DNA from: Bdellovibrionales bacterium
Lineage (GTDB): Bacteria > Bdellovibrionota > Bdellovibrionia > Bdellovibrionales > UBA1609
DNA: 64,000 nt
Direction of reading: 5' to 3'
NCBI GenBank assembly: GCA_050246815.1
Contig: JBFWVI010000007.1
Span: 1-64,000, forward strand
The translations under genes were made by a program, and so were the position numbers. The notes under the pieces were generated by a model. The model made no database searches, was not told the origin of the DNA, and saw nothing but the letters and a program-made list of their open reading frames with translations. Below are positions 17,969 to 28,306 of the stretch, in pieces; the first letter of the stretch is position 1, and every line of letters begins with the position of its first letter.

Positions 17969-19006
17969 ATGAGCAAACAACCACGACTTGGATTTGTGAC
18001 CCTAATTTTAAGCGTTATCTGCACATGTTCGGCTTGGGGCGCGCCGATTTTGGTCAACGGAGCGGGATCCACCTTCGCGGCTCCCCTCTATGCAAAATGG
18101 GCGGCGGAGTATCGTCAGTTAGACCCTTCGATCGAGATCAATTATCAATCCATCGGAAGTGGCGGGGGGGTTCGCCAATTTATCGCGGGCACCGTGGACT
18201 TTGGTGCGACTGACGATCCCATGAACGACGATGAGGTCAAACAGGTCAAAGGTGCGATGTTTCACTTGCCAACCGCAATCGGTGGAGTGGTGATCACCTT
18301 TAATATTCCGGGGCTTGAAGTGACTGAGGCCAAGCCGTTACGCCTGACGGCCGAGGTTGTGGCCGAGATCTTCATGGGCAAGATCACCAAGTGGGATGAT
18401 GCAAAAATCAAAACCCTGAATCCGGCACTGAAGTTGCCAGCGCAGTTTATCGTGGTGGCCAGCCGCGCGGATGGCAGCGGTACTACAGCCGTGTTCACGC
18501 AGTACCTGTCGGACAATAGCGCGGAGTGGAAGGCGAAGGTCGGCAATGGCAAAGCCATCAAGTTCCCAACTGGGCTGGGCGGCAAGGGCAATGAGGGTGT
18601 GACGGGATTGGTGCGCCAGAATCCGGGCGCGATCGGCTACGTGGAACTGACGTACGCCAAAGTGAACAAGTTGCCGATGGCCGCGATCAAAAACGCAGCT
18701 GGCGAGTTTGTTGCCCCCAGTCTTGAAAGTTTGACCGCGGCAGCGGCCAACATGAAAAGTGTGCCGGCGGATCTGCGCCTTTCAATGCGCAATACAACTG
18801 GCAAAACATCCTATCCGATTGCGGCCTTTACTTATTTGCTGGTGAATCAGAACATGAGTGCCAATAAAAGCGGCAAATTTGTAGAGTTTTTGAATTGGGC
18901 CTTGGACAAGGGGCAAACGGTTGCGCCGACGCTCAATTACGCACCATTGCCTGAAGCCGTTTTACGACGGGCGAAGCAGGTCGTCGCTGGGATGAGCGCC
19001 AAATAG
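17969..19006 (+). CDS. pstS: Phosphate ABC transporter substrate-binding protein
   Basis: GAGSTF, NYQSIGSGGG, DFGATD, RADGSGTT, GGKGNEGV. Confidence 0.97.
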   Translation: MSKQPRLGFVTLILSVICTCSAWGAPILVNGAGSTFAAPLYAKWAAEYRQLDPSIEINYQSIGSGGGVRQFIAGTVDFGATDDPMNDDEVKQVKGAMFHLPTAIGGVVITFNIPGLEVTEAKPLRLTAEVVAEIFMGKITKWDDAKIKTLNPALKLPAQFIVVASRADGSGTTAVFTQYLSDNSAEWKAKVGNGKAIKFPTGLGGKGNEGVTGLVRQNPGAIGYVELTYAKVNKLPMAAIKNAAGEFVAPSLESLTAAAANMKSVPADLRLSMRNTTGKTSYPIAAFTYLLVNQNMSANKSGKFVEFLNWALDKGQTVAPTLNYAPLPEAVLRRAKQVVAGMSAK

Positions 19007-19013
19007 GAATAAT

Positions 19014-20009
19014 GTGAACGAAGTTGTTGTCGACACATTGAAAGCACCTGTTTTGAATTCACCTGAACTTGTGCAATCGCGGCGTCGCGAGATCCATCTT
19101 GCGGACCGTTTTTTTTACTATGGGCTTAAAGGTGCCGCCTGGGGTGTCGTGCTTTTGCTTTTGGCCATGATTGTTGTGATCGGTCATATGGCGTGGCCTG
19201 CGCTCACGCAGTTTGGGTTGAACTTTTTCGTCAATCGTGAGTGGAACAGCTACACACAAGAGTTTGGCGCATTGGCTTTGATCCACGGCACCCTGATGAC
19301 GTCTTTTTTGGCCTTGTTGCTGGCCGTTCCGGTTGGTGTTGGCGTCGCTCTGTTTTTGAATGAGTTGGCACCCTTGTGGCTGTCGCGTCCCATGGCGTTT
19401 GTGGTGGAAATGCTGGCGGCGATTCCAAGCATTGTTTACGGGCTTTGGGGATTATTCGTGCTGGCGCCCTTTTTACGAGAGCATGTCCAGCCGCTTTTTG
19501 CCAATCACCTGGGGTGGTTGCCGATTTTTAGTGGCCCCCCGATTGGAGTTGGCTTGATGGCGGCCGGTGTGGTGCTGGCGATCATGATCACGCCGACGAT
19601 CGCCGCAATTTCCAGGGAAGTCTTTCGCGCGATTCCAAGTACCCATCGTGAAGCGGCTTTGGGTATCGGGGCCACACGTTGGGAGATGATACGTCTTGCC
19701 GTCTTAAAAACGGGTACCTCGGGGATCATTGGCGCGGTAATTTTGGGTCTGGGTCGTGCATTAGGCGAAACCATGGCCGTGACGATGGTGATCGGTAACC
19801 GTGTCGAGATCAATTGGTCTTTATTTGCTTCGGGGCAAACCATGGCCAGTATTTTGGCTAATCAATATGCCGAAGCGGACAACGATCTGCATCTTTCAGC
19901 TCTGACCGCCGTTGGCATGGCGCTCTTTCTGCTTTCACTGCTGATCAACGGTTGCGCACGGTTTGTGGTTTGGCGTGTGGAGCGGCGATTCGGCAAAGGG
20001 GCGGGATGA
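19014..20009 (+). CDS. pstC: Phosphate ABC transporter permease
   Basis: LAAIPSIVYGLWG, EAALGIGATRWE, GRALGETMAV. Confidence 0.97.
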   Translation: MNEVVVDTLKAPVLNSPELVQSRRREIHLADRFFYYGLKGAAWGVVLLLLAMIVVIGHMAWPALTQFGLNFFVNREWNSYTQEFGALALIHGTLMTSFLALLLAVPVGVGVALFLNELAPLWLSRPMAFVVEMLAAIPSIVYGLWGLFVLAPFLREHVQPLFANHLGWLPIFSGPPIGVGLMAAGVVLAIMITPTIAAISREVFRAIPSTHREAALGIGATRWEMIRLAVLKTGTSGIIGAVILGLGRALGETMAVTMVIGNRVEINWSLFASGQTMASILANQYAEADNDLHLSALTAVGMALFLLSLLINGCARFVVWRVERRFGKGAG

Positions 20010-20851
20010 AGCGGCTCAGCTTTCAAGATTGGCAGCGTCGTTGGCGCAATAACGGGGCGCGGTTGATGCTTCTTTTGCTTTCGTTGGCGGCGGTGTTACC
20101 CTTCGGTTTCATTGTTTGGCACGTGCTGCGTGAAGGGGCTGGCGCGATTAATTGGGCTTTCTTTACCCAGCTGCCAAGGGGGCCCGGTGATGCGGGGGGT
20201 GGCATGGCCAATGCCATTTTGGGCAGTGTCGTGATGGTGATGATGTCTAGTGTGATTGGTATTCCATGGGGCATGGCTGCGGGGATATACTTGAGCGAGT
20301 ATGGGCAGGGGCGTACAGCGACAATTTTGCGTTTCACCGTGGACCTGCTGACCAGTGTGCCTTCGATTATTGTCGGCATTTTTATTTACGGTGTGGTGGT
20401 GGTTCGTTTTGGATTTTCAGCTTATGCCGGCGCTTTGGCCTTAAGCGTGATCATGTTGCCAATTGTTGCGCGCAGCACCGAAGAGATCTTAAAGCTAATG
20501 CCAATCCACATTCGTGAGGCCGGTTTGGCATTGGGGTTGCCGCGCTGGAAAGTGATCTTGAAGTTGGTGGTGCCGGGCTCGCGCACGGCTTTGTTGACCG
20601 GTGTGATGTTGGCTGTTGCCCGTGTGTTTGGTGAAACCGCGCCACTTCTGTTCACAGCTTTGGGTAACCAGTATTTTTCGCGTTCTTTAGCGCAACCAAC
20701 AGCGACCATGCCAGTGCAGATTTACAATTTGGCTAAAAGCGGCTTTCCCGATCAAGAGCAGCAGGCTTGGGCCGGTGCTTTGGTGTTGGTGGTTTTGGTG
20801 ATCACCATCAACTTGATCACTCGATTGGTCCTTAGTCGCAAGGAGACTTAA
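20006..20851 (+). CDS. pstA: Phosphate ABC transporter permease
   Basis: ATGA overlap with pstC; GIYLSEY, VPSIIVG, REAGLALG, ARVFGETAPL. Confidence 0.97.
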   Translation: MKRLSFQDWQRRWRNNGARLMLLLLSLAAVLPFGFIVWHVLREGAGAINWAFFTQLPRGPGDAGGGMANAILGSVVMVMMSSVIGIPWGMAAGIYLSEYGQGRTATILRFTVDLLTSVPSIIVGIFIYGVVVVRFGFSAYAGALALSVIMLPIVARSTEEILKLMPIHIREAGLALGLPRWKVILKLVVPGSRTALLTGVMLAVARVFGETAPLLFTALGNQYFSRSLAQPTATMPVQIYNLAKSGFPDQEQQAWAGALVLVVLVITINLITRLVLSRKET

Positions 20852-20854
20852 GCG

Positions 20855-21625
20855 GTGGCGGTGAGTGAAGACAATATTTTGCGAGTAAAAGATCTGCAAG
20901 CCTACTTTGCAGGCTTCCATGCGGTCAAAGGCGTTTCAATGGATGTGCGCAGCCGCGAGATTGTGGCTGTGATCGGCCCCTCAGGTTGCGGCAAGTCCAC
21001 TTTTGTCCGCTGTCTTAACCGCCTGCATGAAGAGGTGGCCGGCGCGCGAGTTCAAGGTGAAGTTTGGTTGGAAGGCGAGAACATCTACCGCAGCGGCGCG
21101 GACCCTGTTTTAATCCGTCGTCGGGTTGGAATGGTGTTTCAAAAGCCCAATCCCTTTCCCGCCCTATCCATATTTGAAAATGTGGCGGTGGGGCCACGTT
21201 TGATGGGCTTGAAGCGCCGCGCCTTACTGGAACAGCGTGTGGAGCAGTCGCTTAGGCAAGCTGCGTTGTGGGACGAGGTCAAAGACAAACTGAATCGCCC
21301 TGGCACTAGTTTATCGGGGGGACAGCAACAACGATTGTGTATCGCGCGTGCCCTGGCGATCCAGCCGCCGGTGATCTTAATGGACGAGCCGACAAGCGCT
21401 TTGGATCCGATCTCCACGGCGCGAATAGAGGAGTTGATTCAAGAGCTTAAAAACCGCGTGACTGTGGTTATTGTGACCCATAACATGCAGCAGGCGTCCC
21501 GGATTTCCGACAAAACCGCGTTTTTCTTGTTGGGCTCTTTGGTTGAGTATGGGCCGACCACGCAGGTGTTCACCACCCCTCGTGACTCGCGGACTGAACA
21601 ATACATCACCGGACGCTTCGGCTAG
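20855..21625 (+). CDS. pstB: Phosphate ABC transporter ATPase
   Basis: [38 protein letters not shown]. Confidence 0.98.
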   Translation: MAVSEDNILRVKDLQAYFAGFHAVKGVSMDVRSREIVAVIGPSGCGKSTFVRCLNRLHEEVAGARVQGEVWLEGENIYRSGADPVLIRRRVGMVFQKPNPFPALSIFENVAVGPRLMGLKRRALLEQRVEQSLRQAALWDEVKDKLNRPGTSLSGGQQQRLCIARALAIQPPVILMDEPTSALDPISTARIEELIQELKNRVTVVIVTHNMQQASRISDKTAFFLLGSLVEYGPTTQVFTTPRDSRTEQYITGRFG

Positions 21626-21634
21626 GGGGATAGA

Positions 21635-22309
21635 TTGTTTCGACATTTCGAAACGGAGCTGCAAGATCTTAAGCAATTAATATTGGCGATGGGCGGCAAT
21701 GTTGAAAAGGCTCTGGCGGAGGTCTGCCAGGCGCTATTCGCCAAGGACGCTTCACGACTGCGCGAAGTGCACTCCCAAGAGACCAAGGTCAATGAATTGC
21801 AAATCGCGGTGGACCAAGCTTGCGTGCAGCTGATTGCCAAACAAGCGCCGGTCGCCAAGGACCTGCGTCTGGTCATTGCGATAATCAAAATCAACACCGA
21901 TCTTGAGCGTATGGGGGATCAGGCCGTCAATATCGCCCATTGCACCAAAGACCTATTTCAGCAGGGCCAAGCGCCCGTCGTGCCCACCGATATCCTAACA
22001 ATATCCGAAAAAGTCCGATCCATGGTTCGTGATAGTCTGGATGCGTTTGTACGTCGGGATGTGGCTTTGTCCCACGAAATTTTAGGACGAGACGATGAGA
22101 TCGATCAGTTGAAAAACAAAATCGTCGAAGATGCCGTGGTCGTCATGCGACAGACGCCCGCGCAGATTGAATCTTGCCTGGAGATGATCATGATTGCGAA
22201 AAACTTTGAACGTTTGGCCGATCATGCCACCAACATTGCCGAAGAGGTCATTTATTTGGCCACGGGCGATGATGTTCGCCATGGCAACGCCGGCGCATCA
22301 GGCGTTTAG
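21635..22309 (+). CDS. phoU: Phosphate signalling protein PhoU
   Basis: PVAKDLR, DLERMGDQAVNIA, FERLADHATNIAE. Confidence 0.97.
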   Translation: MFRHFETELQDLKQLILAMGGNVEKALAEVCQALFAKDASRLREVHSQETKVNELQIAVDQACVQLIAKQAPVAKDLRLVIAIIKINTDLERMGDQAVNIAHCTKDLFQQGQAPVVPTDILTISEKVRSMVRDSLDAFVRRDVALSHEILGRDDEIDQLKNKIVEDAVVVMRQTPAQIESCLEMIMIAKNFERLADHATNIAEEVIYLATGDDVRHGNAGASGV

Positions 22310-22328
22310 GAACCTCAAGGAGGGCTTT

Positions 22329-23087
22329 GTGGCCGTCAGTGAAAAAAGGGTTTTGGTTGTTGAAGATGAGGGTGAGATTCGTCAGTTGATCGCGCTGCAC
22401 TTAAAGCGTGAAGGTTTTGTTGTCACAGAAGTCGCAGATGGCGAAGCGGCCATGACCTGTCTTCAAGACACTGTTTTTCACTTGGTCATTTTGGATTGGA
22501 TGCTTCCCGGACGAAGTGGCCTTGAGCTGACTCGTTGGATGCGCACACAGCCCCGTTTCGACCGCGTGCCGGTTCTGTTTGTCACCGCAAAAACAGATCC
22601 CGAGCATATTGCCACAGGCCTTGATGCCGGAGCGGATGACTATTTGGCCAAACCTTTCGACACGATTGTTTTGATGGCTCGGGTGCATGCGCTTTTGCGA
22701 CGCAACCAATGGTTAAATGAGGGGCCGGCTAAAGCGGCCCCTGTTCAAGCTGCTGAAGGTGCCGCCATGCGCGAGCTCAAGGCGGGTGGGCTGACTTTAC
22801 TCCCTGAGTCTTTTGAGAGCTACCTTAAAGGAGACAAACTGGATCTGACCCGTTCGGAATTTCGCCTGCTTGAAACCTTGTTGGCCAATCAGGGGCGCGT
22901 GCTATCACGCGAATCTTTGATCGAGCAGATTCAAGGCGAAGGTGTCAATGTTGTCGGTCGCACCATCGACACGCACGTGTTCGGTTTGCGCAAAAAACTT
23001 GGCGATCACGCCGAACTGATCGAAACCATTCGAGGCGTCGGTTATCGCGTGCGATTTGCCGCGCATGTTGAAACTGGATCGAAGTGA
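22329..23087 (+). CDS. phoB: Response regulator PhoB
   Basis: GTG after AAGGAGG; LDWMLPG, GADDYLAKPF, RTIDTHV..LRKKL, IETIRGVGY; pst context. Confidence 0.93.
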   Translation: MAVSEKRVLVVEDEGEIRQLIALHLKREGFVVTEVADGEAAMTCLQDTVFHLVILDWMLPGRSGLELTRWMRTQPRFDRVPVLFVTAKTDPEHIATGLDAGADDYLAKPFDTIVLMARVHALLRRNQWLNEGPAKAAPVQAAEGAAMRELKAGGLTLLPESFESYLKGDKLDLTRSEFRLLETLLANQGRVLSRESLIEQIQGEGVNVVGRTIDTHVFGLRKKLGDHAELIETIRGVGYRVRFAAHVETGSK

Positions 23088-24508
23088 GTCGTCCCGGATC
23101 CAATTTTCCCCGCCGTCTTTTTCGATGGTTTTTAACCCAACAAATCGTTTTGGCGGCCGTCGGCCTGGCCATTTTACTGGGCGTGATCTTACTGTGGCTC
23201 GAGAATCAAAGCGGACTTTCGGACGATCAGCTGAGCGAGGGGCGCACCATTGTTTTGGTTTCATTGCTTTGGGCGACAGTGGTGTTGGTCGGTGTTTCTG
23301 TCTTTATGGCCCGTCGCTTGATGGTACCTCTGGGTCGACTGATCGAGAAGACCAAGCGATTGCATTTATTCCCTTTCGAAGGCGAAGAAGATGTGACCGA
23401 GCAGCTGGGTTATGATGAACCTGGCGAATGGTACGATCTTGAGCGCGCTTTGAATGAGCTTGGTCAAGATTTGCAGAATAAAACGATTCGCCTGTCGCGC
23501 GAGAAAACCGAGCTGCGCACGATTATGTCGGCCTTAAATGAGGGCGTTTTGGCGATCAATCGCGAACGACAGCCCTTGTTTTACAACACTCAGTTCGCCA
23601 TGATGTTTCGGCTTGAGGGCTCTACTTCGTTGGTTGGCGAGATCGTACGTTCGCCCGACGTGTTGGCGGCTTACGAAGCGTGTCTTCGCGATGGGGCGAT
23701 CCGCAGTGTGGAAACTCAACTGGAGCCGCCGGCTTATGGACTGCGAAACTTTCGCGTGTCGCTGGCGCCGCTGAAGAAAAAGCACAATCAAGAAATCTAT
23801 GGCGCTGTGGCGGTTTTTCATGACATCACCGAAATGAAGAAGGCCGAAAAAATGCGAATAGATTTTGTCGGCAATGTTTCACATGAACTGCGTACCCCTC
23901 TGACTTCGATCAAGGGTTACATGCAAACTATTTTGCAAGATGTGCAAAGTGGCCGTACCGATCAGACCTTGGATTTTTTGAAAATCGTCGACCGCAACGT
24001 CGAACGTTTGATGCATTTGGTGGATGATCTTTTGGATCTTTCGGCGCTTCAGGCTGGCGCAGAGCTCAAACGATCGCGCATTGACTTGAAGCAGCTGACG
24101 TCTAGCGTATTCGCGCAAATCGATAGCCGCGGACATCAAGTCGAGCAGCAATTTACGGTCGAATCGCTTTTGGCTGACGAACACAAGGTCGAACAGGTTC
24201 TGCGCAATCTTTTGCAAAACGCGATTCGTTACGTGCCGCGCGGTGGTCGGGTGCAAGTGGCTTGGGAGTCGATCCCAGGCGGTGTGGTCTTGCGCGTGAA
24301 AGACAATGGTCCAGGTATCGCTAAAGAGCATCAGTCGCGCTTGTTTGAGCGTTTTTATCGAGTCGACGAAGCTCGCACAAGGCAAGTGGGCGGTTCGGGC
24401 ATTGGTTTGGCACTGGTGAAACACATCATGCTTCGCCACGGTGGCCAAGTGCGTGTTGTCAGTGAGCCGGGTCAAGGCTCAGAATTCATCTGCGAATTTC
24501 CGAATTAA
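23084..24508 (+). CDS. phoR: Sensor histidine kinase PhoR
   Basis: Two TM, HAMP/PAS, FVGNVSHELRTPLT, FERFYRVD, GSGIGL. Confidence 0.93.
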   Translation: MSRPGSNFPRRLFRWFLTQQIVLAAVGLAILLGVILLWLENQSGLSDDQLSEGRTIVLVSLLWATVVLVGVSVFMARRLMVPLGRLIEKTKRLHLFPFEGEEDVTEQLGYDEPGEWYDLERALNELGQDLQNKTIRLSREKTELRTIMSALNEGVLAINRERQPLFYNTQFAMMFRLEGSTSLVGEIVRSPDVLAAYEACLRDGAIRSVETQLEPPAYGLRNFRVSLAPLKKKHNQEIYGAVAVFHDITEMKKAEKMRIDFVGNVSHELRTPLTSIKGYMQTILQDVQSGRTDQTLDFLKIVDRNVERLMHLVDDLLDLSALQAGAELKRSRIDLKQLTSSVFAQIDSRGHQVEQQFTVESLLADEHKVEQVLRNLLQNAIRYVPRGGRVQVAWESIPGGVVLRVKDNGPGIAKEHQSRLFERFYRVDEARTRQVGGSGIGLALVKHIMLRHGGQVRVVSEPGQGSEFICEFPN

Positions 24509-24733
24509 ATTTTTTAGAGTTTGCAAAGGCTATTAACTGCGAGCAGGCAGCCCAACTGTTGCGCCGCTTTGGTCGTCTGACTGACAAACTTATGGACAGG
24601 GTTGACGGGTTTAGGCTTTTCAGAGGCAAAACTGAATGGCGACTCACCAAAATGAAAATAAGAGGGCTTAAAATAAGTTTTACCAGTTCTTTAAGCCTTC
24701 AATAGCTTAGCGAAAATCAGTCCCTTCAAGGAG

Positions 24734-24750
24734 TTGGCATGTCTTCTGCT
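24734..24750 (+). promoter_or_regulatory. sigma54 -24/-12 promoter with upstream IHF-like site
   Basis: TTGGCATGTCTTCTGCT (GG-N10-GC); CTTCAATAGCTTA at about 24697-24709. Confidence 0.6.
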
Positions 24751-24763
24751 TAGACTGGGGTTG

Positions 24764-26188
24764 ATGCCAAAAGCCTGTTTTTTATCTCTTATTTTAGGCG
24801 CCTTTTTCAGCACGATTACATCGAGCGGCTCGGTGTATGTGGTCACAGAGGTTGGTGCTTCGGACAAAGTCCAGGTAACGAATTCATGCGACGCAGTTTT
24901 GCTAGGAGCAGAATCTTTGGCTCCGATCAAAGATCGGGCAAGCCAGGAAGAGATCGTTCAATTGGTTGAAGCTTGGGTTCGTGCACGTAACAAGATCCCT
25001 GGCGTCACTGTTTACCCAAATCTTGAGTCAAAAGATTCCTACGAAAGAAAATTGGGGATTCGACTTTCGCAGCGCTTCAAACAAAGATTTAGAGATGACT
25101 GGATCCAGTTTTTCGCGCCAGACGTGCTTGAGATTTGGCGTAAGGCCGGAGTGAAACTCAAGGTGGAGCGTCCGTTATTAAAGACTGAACGAATTCGCAT
25201 TGTGGAAGATTGGGTGCGGGCCGCTTACCAAGACAAGATCGGCCGCTATTATCCCTCGAAACACTCGGAAGATTCTAAAGAAAAATACATGTATCAAGAT
25301 TTATCCATTATGCGAGCGCAAAATCCGCAGGGTTTCTTAAAATTATTTTCTAAGGATGTGATTGAAATTTGGGAAGAAACTGGTGTGATCCACAAAGGGC
25401 AGTTTCCCAATGAGGCTCATCGGCTTTATCGTGAACAGCTTCGTCAGCTGGGTGTGCATGTCCCGACGTTGTCCAAAATCTCAAATTGGGTGATCAAAAC
25501 ATCTCGGCAGACTCCCGGTCGACCACCAATTCCTTTGCGGATGGGTGCCACGTCGAAGGTAGAAAAACAACATCGCGAAACTTTGGAGGACTTGCATCGC
25601 CAAGCTCCGGATTCTTGGTGGAAATTTTTCGACTATGATACGGTTAAAATTTGGAAGGCCAACGAGTGCATCCAAATCTTCAACTTTGAAATGGCCGATA
25701 TTGACGGTAAAATTGCCTTGATCGATCAGTGGGTCACGAACCGCGCCGAAAGCGAATATCCTTACCCGAGTCAACACTCCACCTCGCGCTACGAGCGGGC
25801 GCTTTATTCTTTTGTCGAAAGAGTTGCGAAAGCCGAAAGGCGACAGGATTGGTGGTCACTCTTTCCGATTCGCACACAGATGAAGTGGCAAGACGCCGGC
25901 ATTGCTCGTCCGGTACGACGATACTCTCATGAAGAACAAGGTGTTGAGCTGGTGGTGATTTGGGCCGAGGCTTATTTTAAAGCAACGGGACTGTGGAAAA
26001 TTCCGCAGGAGCTGTATGGTCGAGCTCGAACGCTATCGACTGAGGAAATTGAACAGTCACGCATGGGCAGTATCGTGCATTATTTAAAGCGCAAATACCG
26101 TCATCAGTGGAGTCAAAAGTTCCCGGCTGAAATTGTGGAAAACTGGCGGGCGGCAGGCCATGACGTGGATGGTACGAATCTGCAGTGA
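24764..26188 (+). CDS. Putatively exported protein with five tandem ~67-aa Trp-rich repeats
   Basis: Hydrophobic N-terminus from ATG 24764; repeated pattern WV...YP...S...E..L...W..F......W...G. Confidence 0.8.
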   Translation: MPKACFLSLILGAFFSTITSSGSVYVVTEVGASDKVQVTNSCDAVLLGAESLAPIKDRASQEEIVQLVEAWVRARNKIPGVTVYPNLESKDSYERKLGIRLSQRFKQRFRDDWIQFFAPDVLEIWRKAGVKLKVERPLLKTERIRIVEDWVRAAYQDKIGRYYPSKHSEDSKEKYMYQDLSIMRAQNPQGFLKLFSKDVIEIWEETGVIHKGQFPNEAHRLYREQLRQLGVHVPTLSKISNWVIKTSRQTPGRPPIPLRMGATSKVEKQHRETLEDLHRQAPDSWWKFFDYDTVKIWKANECIQIFNFEMADIDGKIALIDQWVTNRAESEYPYPSQHSTSRYERALYSFVERVAKAERRQDWWSLFPIRTQMKWQDAGIARPVRRYSHEEQGVELVVIWAEAYFKATGLWKIPQELYGRARTLSTEEIEQSRMGSIVHYLKRKYRHQWSQKFPAEIVENWRAAGHDVDGTNLQ

Positions 26189-26232
26189 TGATTTTCGGTT
26201 GGTTTGTCCATTGATATCTATTAATGTAAGCC

Positions 26233-26502
26233 ATGAGCCTAACTGCTTACTTTGCCCATTTGATCAAGCAAGTCGAGCAATCCGACCAAATCGACAACGC
26301 CGGCAAAGACAAAAACGGCTTTTACAAACCCACCCGCAATATTTTGCTAAAGAACCTGAATTTGCTGAAAGACTTGCACGCAAATCCCAGGGCGAAAGCC
26401 ATGGTCAAGGCCGCTTGGACCCAAGTGGTGGCCGACCTGCCCAGCGAATGGTTGGTTCTAACTGAGACACAAAAAGCAGAACTCAAAAAAATTCTGGAAT
26501 AA
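26233..26502 (+). CDS. Hypothetical protein (89 aa)
   Basis: Compact ORF with protein-like composition filling the gap between genes. Confidence 0.75.
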   Translation: MSLTAYFAHLIKQVEQSDQIDNAGKDKNGFYKPTRNILLKNLNLLKDLHANPRAKAMVKAAWTQVVADLPSEWLVLTETQKAELKKILE

Positions 26503-26562
26503 TCCCATCCCCGGCCGGCCGTGAACCGTTGTCCATTTTCACCCCTAAGCCGATAAGAAGGC

Positions 26563-26997
26563 ATGACCGATTTTTCTCTTCGCCTGAAGGCCTCAGATGA
26601 ATTGATCCTGCAAATCAGCGTGGATCAAAATGGGACGATCAGCGCGGCCTCATTAAAAGGTGTGGGAGGTCCGGACATGTTGAAAATGCTGGGGGAGTGG
26701 CGCGGTCGTTTAAAGGGAAAACTATCGGAGTTGGCTTTGCCAACTGGCGTGAATGGGCCGGAACTGATGCTGCGCGAGCTGCTTTTAAAAGCTCGCGGCG
26801 AATGGGTCGAGCCTTATCAAGATGAGGAGCTTTGCCACTGTCGTTCGATTCCCACCGCGATCGTGCACCAGGCCATTTTGGCCGGAGCTCATCGGCCCGA
26901 AGAGGTCTCGCGTTGGACTTCGGCTAGTACGGCTTGCGGAACTTGCCGAAAAGACGTCATTTGTTTATTAAAGGCCCAAGGCCTAAAAGTCGCTTGA
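26563..26997 (+). CDS. BFD-like [2Fe-2S]-binding protein with N-terminal extension
   Basis: LCHCRSI...ASTACGTC at the C-terminus. Confidence 0.85.
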   Translation: MTDFSLRLKASDELILQISVDQNGTISAASLKGVGGPDMLKMLGEWRGRLKGKLSELALPTGVNGPELMLRELLLKARGEWVEPYQDEELCHCRSIPTAIVHQAILAGAHRPEEVSRWTSASTACGTCRKDVICLLKAQGLKVA

Positions 26998-27027
26998 AGC
27001 TCTGAGTTTAGAATTTAGTGTCAGTTC

Positions 27028-27609
27028 GTGACCAAGAGCGATCTTTTTGCTACCAACCTTCTTGTGAAAGAAGAGATTTTTGATCTTCAGCCGAATCTGC
27101 GCGGCTCGCTTTTAAAACTCGAGCCTTTGAAGCCACAAGATTTTGAATCTTTGTTTCTTGTCGCCTCAGACCCTCTCATTTGGCAGCTGCATCCTGAACC
27201 GACGCGCTATCAACGGTCGGTGTTTGAAAAGTTTTTCGATTTGGCTTTGCAATCCAAGGGGGCCTTGTTGGTTCGTGACCTTCAAAGTAATCTGGTACTT
27301 GGCAGCTCACGGTTCTACAATTTGAATTTGGCGCAAAAGCGAGTCACGATCGGGTACACCTTTTTGTCACGTTCATGCTGGGGAGGACAACACAACGCCG
27401 ATATGAAGCGGTTGATGCTGACCCATGCGTTTCAGTATGTCGAGGATGCGCTTTTTGAGGTCGGTGAAAGCAATTGGCGTTCACGCCGTGCCATGGAAAA
27501 GATCGGCGGGCGTTTGTGTGGCCGTATGCAAAAACAGAATTTGGATGGCCTGGCGCATGTGATTTATAAAATTTCAAAAGAGGAGTTTCTGCAAAGTGGA
27601 ATTGCGTAA
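27028..27609 (+). CDS. GNAT N-acetyltransferase (RimJ/RimL-like)
   Basis: LQPNLRG, ASDPLIW..HP, IGYTFL, NWRSRRAMEKIG. Confidence 0.9.
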   Translation: MTKSDLFATNLLVKEEIFDLQPNLRGSLLKLEPLKPQDFESLFLVASDPLIWQLHPEPTRYQRSVFEKFFDLALQSKGALLVRDLQSNLVLGSSRFYNLNLAQKRVTIGYTFLSRSCWGGQHNADMKRLMLTHAFQYVEDALFEVGESNWRSRRAMEKIGGRLCGRMQKQNLDGLAHVIYKISKEEFLQSGIA

Positions 27610-28306
27610 CATAAACTTTTTAAGTCTTTTGTGGTTCACAATTTTTATTTTGGGCTGTGGCCACTATAAAAAAATGCCCGAAGTGAACCATAACTTTGAA
27701 AAACAAGTCGAAACAAAGGTCTATCGTGGCGGCGAATTCGGATTTTTATTCGAAGGGCACGAATACAGCTTTATTTCTGAATTCATCGAACAGGGTGAGT
27801 ATAATTGTCATTTTTATCTGGGCTATAAGGACAAACAGTTGGCCTACACGTTTCCATACAATTTGGCTGCAGAAAAGTTGAAGAAAGTCTACAGCGCTGA
27901 AATCGGTATCGAAGAAAAAATCAAGCAGGTTGTGGCAATCAGTGAGGCTCAGCACTCGCAAAAAAACGAATGCTCGAAAGAAATCGGACAAAAAAATGAA
28001 AGCGTGGCAGAAAATGTCATGGCCATAGTGGCGTATAGCCCAATTTTGGCGATTGCGATTCCGATCGTTCCGGTTATGTTGATTGAGGGCTATCGCGAGC
28101 ATGCGAAGGAAACTGAACTGGCCAAGAAACTGCGACAAGTTCGCCTGGGTCTTACCAATGAACAGGTCAACGAAATCATGGGATCTTCTTATACGGAGGC
28201 AAAATCCTATCCGTTCTCCATACAACAGTTTCGTGAATTGAAGCGAAACCTAGTTTTTGTTTATAAAAACAAAAAATTAATCGCTTACATCTGGGGTTAT
28301 GAGTAG
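27596..28306 (+). CDS. Hypothetical lipoprotein, AT-rich
   Basis: Lipobox ILGC; internal hydrophobic segment; C-terminal VRLGLTNEQVNEIMG (SmpA/OmlA-like). Confidence 0.7.
   Translation: MELRNINFLSLLWFTIFILGCGHYKKMPEVNHNFEKQVETKVYRGGEFGFLFEGHEYSFISEFIEQGEYNCHFYLGYKDKQLAYTFPYNLAAEKLKKVYSAEIGIEEKIKQVVAISEAQHSQKNECSKEIGQKNESVAENVMAIVAYSPILAIAIPIVPVMLIEGYREHAKETELAKKLRQVRLGLTNEQVNEIMGSSYTEAKSYPFSIQQFRELKRNLVFVYKNKKLIAYIWGYE

Noticed and set aside
24509..24675. Short startless open frame after phoR (AINCEQAAQLLRRFG...)
   Set aside because: No start, RBS or recognisable homology; cannot be supported as a gene or pseudogene.
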